Below, in pieces: positions 34,804 to 43,404 of a stretch of 64,000 bases of DNA; position 1 is the first letter of the stretch, and each line of letters opens with the position of its first letter. The stretch lies in contig CAVZJB010000009.1 in NCBI GenBank assembly GCA_963775425.1, positions 80,616 through 144,615 on the forward strand, written 5' to 3'. The notes beneath the pieces are model-generated. The model ran no database searches and was not told the DNA's origin. It saw nothing but the letters and a program-made list of their open reading frames with translations. A program made the translations under genes and the position numbers. Origin of the DNA: an uncultured delta proteobacterium. GTDB lineage: Bacteria; Myxococcota; UBA727; VGSZ01.

Positions 34804-34809
34804 GCTTCG

Positions 34810-35715
34810 TCAGCGGGTCTCGAGGCGGGCCAGCGACAGGCCCTTCTTGTCGAGGCGGCGCATGAGGTCTCCCTTGGAAGCCTCGATGAGCCGCTTGCTG
34901 TTCTGATCGAGGTTCTCGAAGCGCAGCGAGACCTTGCCGTCCTCGGCGGACACGCGCATGCGCGCGCCCTTGAGCGGGCCGTCCTTCAGCTCGATCTGGA
35001 ATTCCTTGAGGCCCTTGTCGTTGACGGCGAGGTGCACGGCGCTGACGAGCTTGTCGAGGAGCTCGGCGGGGATCTGCTTGACCTCGTGCGCCGGCGCCGC
35101 CCCCTGCGCCGCCTGCAACTGAGCGGCCTTGACGGCGCCGAGCGCGCCGGCGCCCTCGCGGCCGCGCCCGTCGGACTCGCCCTTGCCGTCGGCGTCGATG
35201 GCGGCGTTGGGCAATGCGGCGTTGCGAGCGTCGAGCTGCACCGCCTCCGCGTCCATCTCCTTGGCCGTCTCCTTCTTGTCGAGGTCGACCTTGCGATCGT
35301 CGCGCTCGACGCGGTCGTGCTCGACGCCCTGCTGGCGCCGCACGAAGCGGCCCGTGTCCGCCGACTGCGTCGCCGTGGCGTTCTTGTTGAGCACGCCCTG
35401 GAAGCCCTTGGCCTGCTGCATCGCGCGCGTCTGCTTCTGGATGCCGCTCCTGGCGAGGCGCGCGGCCTGGGCCTCGCTGTGGGCCTCCTTGGCGACGTGC
35501 TCGCCCTCCTGCTCGGCGTGGTGCTCCTCGTGCTGCGCCTTGAGCGCCTTGTCCTTCGTCGTCTCGGCGGTGCGCTGCCCGGCGCGCACCAGCTTGCCGA
35601 ACGCCGCACGGTTCTTCTCGGTGGACTTGGCGTCGCGGGCGTTCTTGTCGAGCTTCTTCTGGAGCCGCTCAGCCTCCGCCCTTTTGTGGGCGTCTTCTTC
35701 GACACGCGTGGACAT
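34810..35715 (-). CDS. sctP: Hook/needle-length control protein, FliK/SctP-like with a Flg_hook C-terminal domain
   Basis: The N-terminus is a charged coiled-coil. The C-terminus (…LLDKLVSAVHLAVNDKGLKEFQIELKDGPLKGARMRVSAEDGKVSLRFENLDQNSKRLIEAS…) matches the FliK C-terminal domain. Confidence 0.6.
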   Translation of the reverse strand: MSTRVEEDAHKRAEAERLQKKLDKNARDAKSTEKNRAAFGKLVRAGQRTAETTKDKALKAQHEEHHAEQEGEHVAKEAHSEAQAARLARSGIQKQTRAMQQAKGFQGVLNKNATATQSADTGRFVRRQQGVEHDRVERDDRKVDLDKKETAKEMDAEAVQLDARNAALPNAAIDADGKGESDGRGREGAGALGAVKAAQLQAAQGAAPAHEVKQIPAELLDKLVSAVHLAVNDKGLKEFQIELKDGPLKGARMRVSAEDGKVSLRFENLDQNSKRLIEASKGDLMRRLDKKGLSLARLETR

Positions 35716-35802
35716 GAAAAACCCCGGTGAAAAGCATCGCGGAGTGTATCGGCGCCGCCGCCGACGGGGGTGCGACCCCGTCATGACGCGGCGCGCCGTC
35801 CG

Positions 35803-36054
35803 TCAGCGACGCGCGGCGGCGAGCTCCTCGCGGAGCTTTTCGATCTCCTCGCGGAGCTTCTCGTTTTCGCGCTGGACCTCGTCGGCCGTGGGCGGCGGCG
35901 GGTCCTCCTTGGCGGCGGCCCCGTCGCGCGGCCCCAGGCGCTTTTTCATGTGCGCGCCGGCGACCTTGGCGATCTCCACGCCGACGCCCGCCAAAAGCGC
36001 CTTCCCCAGCGTGCGCCCGAGCTCCGCGATGACCTTTCCCACGGAGGCGTTCAT
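35803..36054 (-). CDS. Small coiled-coil protein of 83 aa
   Basis: High GC3. Its start overlaps the sctO stop. The C-terminus reads ENEKLREEIEKLREELAAARR. Confidence 0.4.
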   Translation of the reverse strand: MNASVGKVIAELGRTLGKALLAGVGVEIAKVAGAHMKKRLGPRDGAAAKEDPPPPTADEVQRENEKLREEIEKLREELAAARR

Positions 36055-36563
36055 GCGTCACCGAGCTCCTCGAGGAGCTTCTGGAAGTACTGGGCCTGCG
36101 CGATGTCCTCGGCGGCCATCTCTTCCTTCAGCATGCGCTCGCGCTTCACCTGCTTGAGCCACTTTTCCTTGTGCTTCTCGAGGGCTTTGAAGTCCTGCGT
36201 ACATTTCACGACAACTTCCATGGCTTCGGCGGCGATGCGCTCGGCTTCCTGAACGCGCTCTTGCTGCCTGTCGATGTCCACCTGGTAGGCCTCTTCCTGC
36301 TGCTTGAGTCGCTCGATGTGCCGGTCGTTTTGCTGGATCTGGCTCACGGTGTACTCGCCCATGCGGGTGCGCTCGGCGTACTCGGCCTTCTTGTTCTGGC
36401 GCATCTGCACCATCTCTCTGAGCTTCTGGCGCATCTCGTCGAGCTTGCGCTCCTCCTCGACGACCTTCCTGCGCTTCTCCGCGTAGGCCTCCTCGGCCTC
36501 CTTCTTCTTCTTCTCCCGCATCTCGTAGAGGACCTGCAGGCGGTACGCCGGCGACTTGGCCAT
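36051..36563 (-). CDS. sctO: SctO/FliJ-like stalk protein, all coiled-coil, 170 aa
   Basis: Its size, all-helical Lys/Glu/Arg-rich composition and position (downstream of the ATPase, upstream of sctP) match SctO/FliJ. Confidence 0.5.
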   Translation of the reverse strand: MAKSPAYRLQVLYEMREKKKKEAEEAYAEKRRKVVEEERKLDEMRQKLREMVQMRQNKKAEYAERTRMGEYTVSQIQQNDRHIERLKQQEEAYQVDIDRQQERVQEAERIAAEAMEVVVKCTQDFKALEKHKEKWLKQVKRERMLKEEMAAEDIAQAQYFQKLLEELGDA

Positions 36564-36637
36564 ATGGGATGAGATTACCGTCTGCTCGCGGCGGCGTCAT
36601 TGCACAGGCCGCTTCCGGGCGTGGTACGTGCTGCTCT

Positions 36638-38417
36638 GTGTCGCTCCCGGGCACGGCGCTCTTCTTCGCCCTCCTCGCGGTCGTCGTCGCGGGCGTGGCA
36701 GGCGCCCTGCGGCGCCTGCAGGCCGGCCGGCCTTCCACCGCGGCCGCGGCGGCGCTGGCCGTCCTGGCGGTGGGCCCGGACCTGCTCGGGCGCCCCTTTC
36801 ACGACGTCGGCGCCGGCCTGTGTCTCACTTCAGTCCTGTGCGCGCCGGGCGTCCTCTTTTTGCGCCGCCCCGCCCCGGCGCGGACGGGCGACCCGCGCGC
36901 GCCGGGCCCTCCGCTCGACGCGCTCGCCGCCGCCCTCGCGCTCCTCCTGTTCGCGGGCATCGCCTGGGTGACGCTCACGACGTTCCTCTGGGACGAGCGC
37001 AGCACGCACTTCGGGCTCGCCTCCGTCGTCGCCAGGGGCGGGTTGCCGGTGTTTCACCCCGAGTTCCCCGGCGCGGCGTTTTCGTACCACGCGGGCTTCG
37101 ACGTCATCGCCGGCGCCGTCCGGCGCTTCACGCGGCTGCCCATCGAGCGCTGCATCGACGTCGTCGGCCTCGCCGCCGCGGCGTCGCTGCTGTGGACGCT
37201 CCTCGACATCGGCCGCGACCTCGGCGGACGCGCCGGCGCGCGCCTCGCCCCCGCGCTCGCGCTGCTCGCCTACGGCCCGCTCTCCCTGTGCACCGGCGTG
37301 GTCTACGGCCTCGATCCCGCGTGCAGCGCCCTGTTCCCCGCGTCGTGGCAGCACACGGCCTGGCTGCCGGCGCCGGTGATTCTCGAATTTCTTCCAACAC
37401 CCGCAGGCCCTCGGCATGGCGGTCGTCCTGCCCGCGCTCGTCCTCGGCAGCGACGACGACCAAAAGCGCTTCGGCGCCGGCGTCGCCCTGCTCGCGCTGG
37501 CGTCACAGGCGCACGTGGTGCTCTTCGGGCTCGCCGGCCTCGGCCTCGCCGCCGTCGTCGTCGCGCGCACCGTGCGCACGCGGGCCGTGGCCGCCGGCGC
37601 CGTCCGCGGCGCCGCGCTCCTGGGCGCGCTCGCGTTCGCGCTCCTCGCCGGCGGCTTCTTCCATACGCCGGAGGCGCCCGCGCGCTTCCTGTGGGTCGGG
37701 CACTTCCGCGCCGCGTTCCACGCCGGCGTCCTCGGGAGCATCGCGCTCAACCTGGTGCTGTTCGCGCCCGCCCTCGCCACGCTGCCGTTCGCGGTCTTTC
37801 GCGCGCGAGCCGGCGGGCTGCGCCTCGCGCTCGTCGTCGCCGCCGCCGCCGGGTTCATCGCCGGCAACGTCGTCAGCTACGAGCGGAGCTGGGACATCGT
37901 GAAGCTCTTCGGGGCCGCCGCCTTCTGCGCCAACCTGCTCCTCGCCGACGTGCTGGCGGCCGCCGTCGCGCGCGTGCGGCCCGCCGTCGTCGCCTGCGTC
38001 GCCGCCGCCTGCGCCGTCGCCGGCGGCGTGTGGCTCGTGCGCTTCGGCCCGCTCAACGGCGCCATCGCCCCGCGCTACACCGAGCGCGCGCCCGCGCCGC
38101 TCGCGCGCGACCTCGACGCGCGCTTCGGCGACGTCGTCGGCCTCGCGCCCGTCCTCACCGACGCGCCGCAGATCCAGGAGCTCGGCTTCGCCCTCGTCGG
38201 GTTCGACTGGCGCGACGCCAGCGTCGGCTTCCTCGTCGACCGCGACCGCCGCGACGCCCTCACCAAGCTGCGAGACCGCGCGCTCACGTCGCTGTCGCTC
38301 GCCGACGTGCGCGCCACGGGAGCGCGCTTCGTGCTCGTGCGCGCCGGGCGCGCCGTGGACCCCGCGCTCGAGCGCGTCGGCGACGTCGACGACCACGCGC
38401 TCTACCGCGTGCCCTGA
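36638..38417 (+). CDS. Polytopic integral membrane protein with a large C-terminal soluble domain, possibly GT-C-like, and an apparent +1 frameshift near 37375–37395
   Basis: GC3 support covers two adjacent frames (36638→~37385 and ~37380→38417). The switch lies in an unusually AT-rich stretch, gtgattctcgaatttcttccaacac. Confidence 0.45.
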
Positions 38418-38421
38418 TTCT

Positions 38422-39855
38422 TCAGTCCTGGGCGTCCGCGAACATCTCCACCAGCGCCTGCACCGTGTCCTCGAACGCGGAGGCCTCCGTGGTGCCCTGC
38501 TTGAGGAACGTCTCGACCTCTTCGATCTTGTCGATGGCGTAGTCGACCTGCGGATCGGTGCCGTACTGGTACGCGCCGAGGAGGATGAGGTCGCGGTTCT
38601 TCTCGTAGGTGGCCATCACCTGCCGCATCTTGGACGCGGCCTTTTTGTGCTCGTCGGCGGCGATGCCGGTCATCACGCGGGACAGCGACGGCAGCACGTC
38701 GATGGCGGGCCAGTGGTTTCGCGCGCCGAGCTCGCGGTTGAGGATGACGTGGCCGTCGAGGATGCCGCGCACCTCGTCGGCGATGGGCTCCTCCATGTCG
38801 CCGCCTTGCACGAGGATCGTGTACATCGCGGTGATGGAGCCGATGTGGTTGTTGCCGGTGCGCTCCATGAGCTTCGGGATGAGCGCGAACACGCTCGGCG
38901 GGTAGCCCTGGCGCGCAGGCGGCTCGCCGAGCGCGAGGCCGATCTCGCGCTGCGCGCGGGCGAAGCGGGTGGAGCTGTCCATCATGAACAGGACGTCCTT
39001 GCCCTCGTCGCGGAACCACTCCGCCACCGCCGTGGCGACGAAGCAACACTTGAGGCGCACGAGCGAGGGCTGGTCCGACGTGGCGCACACGACGACGGAG
39101 CGCTTGAGGCCCTCTTCGCCGAGGGAGTCGTGGATGAACTCGAGCACCTCGCGACCGCGCTCGCCGACCATGCAGACCACGACGATCTCGGCGGAGGTCT
39201 GCCGCGCGATCTGTCCCATCAACGTCGACTTGCCGACGCCGGAGCCCGCGAACAGGCCGACGCGCTGGCCGCGGCCGACGGTGAGCAGGCCGTCCCACGC
39301 GCGCACGCCGAAGGAGATGACGCGATCGACGGGTTGGCGCGTGTAGGGATCGGGGCACTCGCGCTCGACGGCCCAGTCCTCGAGGCCCTCGATCTCCTCG
39401 ATGGAGCCGAGGCCGTCGATGGGCTCGCCGGTGCCGGAGAGCGTTCGGCCGAGCAGGCCGTAGCCGCACTTGATCTGGAACGGCTTGCCGCTCGGGATGA
39501 CCTCGCTCTCGGGGCCGAGCCCGGCGTTCTTGGGATTGCCGAGCGGCATCAAGAAGACGGCGCCGTCCTTGAAGCCGACGACCTCGGTCTTGAGCGCGCC
39601 GACGTCTTCCTTGGGCGACGTCACGTAGCACATCTCGCCGATGCGCACGCCCGGCACCGCAGCCTTGATGATGAGGCCGGTGACCTCGGTGACGCGGCCG
39701 CGGACGCGGTACGGCTTGGCCTCGCGGATCTCCTCGATGGCCCGACGCAGCTCGATGACCTTGCCCTCGGGGACGCCGTCGACGTGGGGCGCGGGCTCGC
39801 CGACGAGGTTCTCCTCAAGGGCGTCGAAGTCCGGCTTCTTGCGCGTGGTGGTCAT
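38422..39855 (-). CDS. sctN: Type III secretion ATPase SctN (FliI/YscN family)
   Basis: It has Walker A (GLFAGSGVGKSTL), Walker B (VLFMMDSSTRFA) and the F1/T3SS ATPase fold. It is 477 aa. Confidence 0.9.
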   Translation of the reverse strand: MTTTRKKPDFDALEENLVGEPAPHVDGVPEGKVIELRRAIEEIREAKPYRVRGRVTEVTGLIIKAAVPGVRIGEMCYVTSPKEDVGALKTEVVGFKDGAVFLMPLGNPKNAGLGPESEVIPSGKPFQIKCGYGLLGRTLSGTGEPIDGLGSIEEIEGLEDWAVERECPDPYTRQPVDRVISFGVRAWDGLLTVGRGQRVGLFAGSGVGKSTLMGQIARQTSAEIVVVCMVGERGREVLEFIHDSLGEEGLKRSVVVCATSDQPSLVRLKCCFVATAVAEWFRDEGKDVLFMMDSSTRFARAQREIGLALGEPPARQGYPPSVFALIPKLMERTGNNHIGSITAMYTILVQGGDMEEPIADEVRGILDGHVILNRELGARNHWPAIDVLPSLSRVMTGIAADEHKKAASKMRQVMATYEKNRDLILLGAYQYGTDPQVDYAIDKIEEVETFLKQGTTEASAFEDTVQALVEMFADAQD

Positions 39856-42026
39856 TGGCCCTTGAGGATCGCCCTCACCTTGGAGGCGTCCTCCGCGTCG
39901 GGCTTGAGCTCGAGGTACTTCCGGTAGTGCTTGCGCGCGAGATCGTTCTTCTTGAGCTTGGCGTAGGCCACGCCGAGCGTGCGGTGCACGTTGGCGTTGT
40001 TGCCGTTGACGTAGGGCGCGAGCTCGCTCACGGCGGCGCCGGGATCGCCCGCGAAGATCTTCTGGGTGGCGCTGCTCAGCGCCTTGTTGATCTCGGCCTG
40101 CTTGTTGTGGTGCGTGACGCGGGGCTCGTCGGTCTTGCGCTTGTGCTTGGGCTCCGCTCGCACGGCGTGCCCGCCGCTGTCGCCCGCGGCGTCGTCGGCG
40201 GCGGCGAGGGCGGCGTCGTCGTCCGCGCCCGCGGCGGCGCCGTCGTCATGCGCGTCGCCCGGGGCGGCGTCGTCGTGCGCGGCGGCGTCGTCTGCGCCCG
40301 CGGCGGCGGCGGCGGCGGCGGGCGCGTCGTCCCCGGTGGGGCCGACGTCGGGCTTGGCGCCGCTGCCGTCCGGGACGGGCGCCGTGTCGGGCGTCGTCGG
40401 CGTCGGTGAGGCCGCGGCGGTGGGTGGGGGCGGCGTGGGCTTGTCGTCGCCGCCGCTCGTGGCGACGAGCACGGCGATCACCGCGAGCAGCGCGATGACG
40501 ACGACGACGCCGATGACGATGATGTTCGGGCGGCCGCTCGGCTGCGAGAAGCCCTCGAACGGCGCCGCCGACACCGCGTCCGCCTGCTTCTTGCGAACGG
40601 GGTTGGTGACCCCGGTGCCGGCGTCCTGCTCGAAGTCGTCGCCGGCGGTGTCGGCGATGCGGGCGCGCTCGATCTCCTCGGGGGAGACGGCGAAGCGCTC
40701 GCCGATGGCGACGAAGCGAAGGCGGACGCGGCCGAGCTCGACGACGTCGCCGGGCTTCAACACGGCCTGCTCGACCTCCTCGTTGTTGACGAGGACGCCG
40801 TTGGCGCTCTTGAGATCGAGGATGCGCACGCGATCGCCCTCGCGCACCACCTTGGCGTGGTTTCGCGAGACCGACTTGTGCTCGATGGTGATGTCGTTGT
40901 CCTCGGTGCGCCCGAGCACCGCCTCCGCCGCACGCAGCGAGAAGGTGCTGCCCGCGAAGATGGTGTTGAGCACCACCAGGCGCGGGTACACCACGTCCTC
41001 GGCGCCGGGCGCGGCGCGCATGGCCTCGGTCTGCTCCTCGAGGGCGGTGCGTGCGTCGTTGGGACGCGCCGGCGCCGCCGGCGTCCCCGGCGCGCGCCCG
41101 TTGTCCGGCGACGGCGTGGCCGGCCGCGCGTCGGGGGCGCGGTCCTGCGCCCGCGGCTCGGGCTTGGTCTCGAGCACCCCGACGTGGCCGCCGATCTCGG
41201 GCACCGCCGCCGTCGGCGATCCCTCCGCCTTGTGCGCCACCGCCTTGTGCGCCGCCGGCGGCGGCGCGGGCGGCATGGTGATGGGCGGCGGCGACGTCGC
41301 CTGGCGCACCGTGGGCTCGAGCTCGGCCTCGCGCTGTCGCGACGGCAGCGCCGCGGCGTCCACAGTGGGCGCCTCCATGGCTTCGAGCATCTCCATGGTG
41401 ACGCGCTCGGTGTCGCCGCCGTCGGGATCGAAGCCGCTCCGCGCGTTGCTGCCGTTTTCCGGCGCCGGCTGCGGCGCGGGCTGCGCCCCCGCGACCGCGG
41501 GCGACGGCACCGTGCGCTCGTCGCTGAGCGGGTGATCTTCCTGGGTGGCGAGCCCGGGCACCGACAGCGCGGGTCCGCCCTGCGGAGGCTCCCAACGCTG
41601 CGTGTCGCCGGCGAACTCGTCGTCGTCGGGGCCGTGGGGAGCGGTGTCGCGGTGCAGCGGCTGCGTGGCCTGGGCGCCCTCGGCCGCGCCGTTGTGCGGG
41701 TGTTGCGGCGCGGTCACGCCGAGGGTGTCCTGCGCGTGAAGCGCGAGGTGGTAGTCGCCGATCTGGATGGTGTCGCCCTCGTGGACGTGCACCCGGCCGT
41801 CGATGCGATCCCCGTTGAGCTTGATGCCGTTGAAGCTCTTCAGGTCCTCGATCAGGACGTGGCCGTTCTCCTTCGAGAGCTTGGCGTGGTTGCGGGAGAC
41901 GTTCCGCTCCGTGAGCCGGATGGTGTTCCCTTCTTTACGCCCGATGGTGATGACGTCGCGCGTGAACGGCACGACGATCTGCTTGCCCGCATCGTCTTCG
42001 ATGATCAGCTTCCAGGTCGAAGGCAT
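39852..42026 (-). CDS. Membrane protein with two FHA domains, one TM helix, a Pro/Ala/Asp-rich periplasmic region and a C-terminal TPR-like motif
   Basis: The two FHA cores are (ITIGRKEGNTIRLTERNVSRNHAKL…NGIKLNG) and (FSLRAAEAVLGRTEDNDITIEHKSVSRNHAKV…NGVLVNN). The TM is IIVIGVVVVIALLAVIAVLV. Its stop overlaps the sctN start (ATGA). Confidence 0.7.
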   Translation of the reverse strand: MPSTWKLIIEDDAGKQIVVPFTRDVITIGRKEGNTIRLTERNVSRNHAKLSKENGHVLIEDLKSFNGIKLNGDRIDGRVHVHEGDTIQIGDYHLALHAQDTLGVTAPQHPHNGAAEGAQATQPLHRDTAPHGPDDDEFAGDTQRWEPPQGGPALSVPGLATQEDHPLSDERTVPSPAVAGAQPAPQPAPENGSNARSGFDPDGGDTERVTMEMLEAMEAPTVDAAALPSRQREAELEPTVRQATSPPPITMPPAPPPAAHKAVAHKAEGSPTAAVPEIGGHVGVLETKPEPRAQDRAPDARPATPSPDNGRAPGTPAAPARPNDARTALEEQTEAMRAAPGAEDVVYPRLVVLNTIFAGSTFSLRAAEAVLGRTEDNDITIEHKSVSRNHAKVVREGDRVRILDLKSANGVLVNNEEVEQAVLKPGDVVELGRVRLRFVAIGERFAVSPEEIERARIADTAGDDFEQDAGTGVTNPVRKKQADAVSAAPFEGFSQPSGRPNIIVIGVVVVIALLAVIAVLVATSGGDDKPTPPPPTAAASPTPTTPDTAPVPDGSGAKPDVGPTGDDAPAAAAAAAGADDAAAHDDAAPGDAHDDGAAAGADDDAALAAADDAAGDSGGHAVRAEPKHKRKTDEPRVTHHNKQAEINKALSSATQKIFAGDPGAAVSELAPYVNGNNANVHRTLGVAYAKLKKNDLARKHYRKYLELKPDAEDASKVRAILKGQ

Positions 42027-42110
42027 CCGCGAGTGCGCACTCCTGGCCGGCATCATACGTCGACGAACAGGCCGGCCGCCAAGCCGTGACCGGCGCTGTG
42101 TTTGGAGACC

Positions 42111-43373
42111 CTATCGCACACCGCGGGCGATGTTCTTGCCCGCCGGCCACCGCCGGATGACGTCCAGGGCGGCGGCCACCTGCGGATCCCGCTTGACCCG
42201 CTCCGCCCCGTGGATGCCCGGCGGCAGATCCGCGGCCGGACGCACCGGGACGTCCGGCTCGATGCCGACGTCCTGGATGGAGCGCCCGCTCGGGGTGAAG
42301 TAGCGGGCGATGGTGAGCTTCAGCCCGGCGCCGTCGTCGAGCCCGAACAGCGTCTGCACCGATCCCTTGCCGAAGGTGCGGGTGCCGACGACCACGGCGC
42401 GCTTGTGGTCCTGGAGCGCCCCGGCGACGATCTCGCTCGCCGACGCGGTCCCGTCGTTCACGAGGAGCACCAGCGGGTAGTCCGGCTCCGTCCCCTCCGG
42501 CCGCGCCACCTCCCGCTCCGTGTTCCTCGGGTTCCTGCCCTGGGTGGTGACGATCAGGCCGTCTTTGAGGAAGCGGTCCGCCACGCGCACGCCCTCGTCG
42601 AGGAGGCCCCCGGGGTCGTCGCGCAGGTCGAGCACCACGCCCGCCGGCTGCTGTTTGCCGAGCGCCCGCGCCCGCTTGCGCGCCCCCGCCAGCGCGTGCG
42701 CCAGCTCCTGGTCGGTGCGCTCCTGGAACGCGCGGATGCGGACGTAGGCGATGTCGTTGCCGAGGTCGTCGTCGTCGACGGAGGGCACGCGCACCTGCCG
42801 GCGCACGAGCGGGATGTCCCGCGCATGATCCCAGCCCTTGCGCGCCACAGTGAGGACCACGCGGGTGCCGGGGACGCCGCGCATGAGCTTGACGCTGGCC
42901 TCGAGCGGCTGGCCGCGCATGCTCTCGCCGTCGACGGCGAGGATCTTGTCACCGGGCTTCAAGCCCGCGTGCGCTCCCGGGCTGTCCGCGTGCACGACCT
43001 CCACCTGGATGACGTCGCCGCCGGGCTCTTTGTAGGGCCCCACCTCGATGCCGAGCCCGCCGAACTCGCCCGCGGTGTCCTCGCGGAGCTTCTCGTACTC
43101 GGCGGGGCGCATGAAGGTCGTGTGGGGGTCGAGGCCGGAGAGCATGCCCGTGATGGCGTCGTAGACCAGCTCGTCCGGGTCGAGCTCGTCCACGTAGTTC
43201 TGCTGCACGTACGTGAGCACCTGCGAAAACACCCGCAGCTTCTTGTACGTGCCGTCGACGCCGCCGGCGTACGCGACGCCTGCGCCGCCGGCGAGGACGA
43301 CGCCGCACAACAGTCCTGCGACGAACGCAGCGAGGGAAGGCGTGCGGAACAGCGGGGGACGGCGCATGGACAC
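42111..43373 (-). CDS. Carboxyl-terminal processing protease, S41 family, with a PDZ domain
   Basis: It has the PDZ segment (GLKPGDKILAVDG), the S41 catalytic region (…LLVNDGTASASEIVAGALQD…GTRTFGKGSVQ) and an N-terminal signal/anchor. Confidence 0.85.
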   Translation of the reverse strand: MSMRRPPLFRTPSLAAFVAGLLCGVVLAGGAGVAYAGGVDGTYKKLRVFSQVLTYVQQNYVDELDPDELVYDAITGMLSGLDPHTTFMRPAEYEKLREDTAGEFGGLGIEVGPYKEPGGDVIQVEVVHADSPGAHAGLKPGDKILAVDGESMRGQPLEASVKLMRGVPGTRVVLTVARKGWDHARDIPLVRRQVRVPSVDDDDLGNDIAYVRIRAFQERTDQELAHALAGARKRARALGKQQPAGVVLDLRDDPGGLLDEGVRVADRFLKDGLIVTTQGRNPRNTEREVARPEGTEPDYPLVLLVNDGTASASEIVAGALQDHKRAVVVGTRTFGKGSVQTLFGLDDGAGLKLTIARYFTPSGRSIQDVGIEPDVPVRPAADLPPGIHGAERVKRDPQVAAALDVIRRWPAGKNIARGVR

Positions 43374-43404
43374 CTCGGGTTGCCGAGTCTATAGCGACCG
43401 GCCC

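Noticed and set aside
36569-38542. 657-aa plus-strand ORF read as a single protein
   Set aside because: GC3 support leaves this frame near 37385 (it becomes Arg-rich after that). The gene is better explained as two frames joined by a frameshift (36638..38417).
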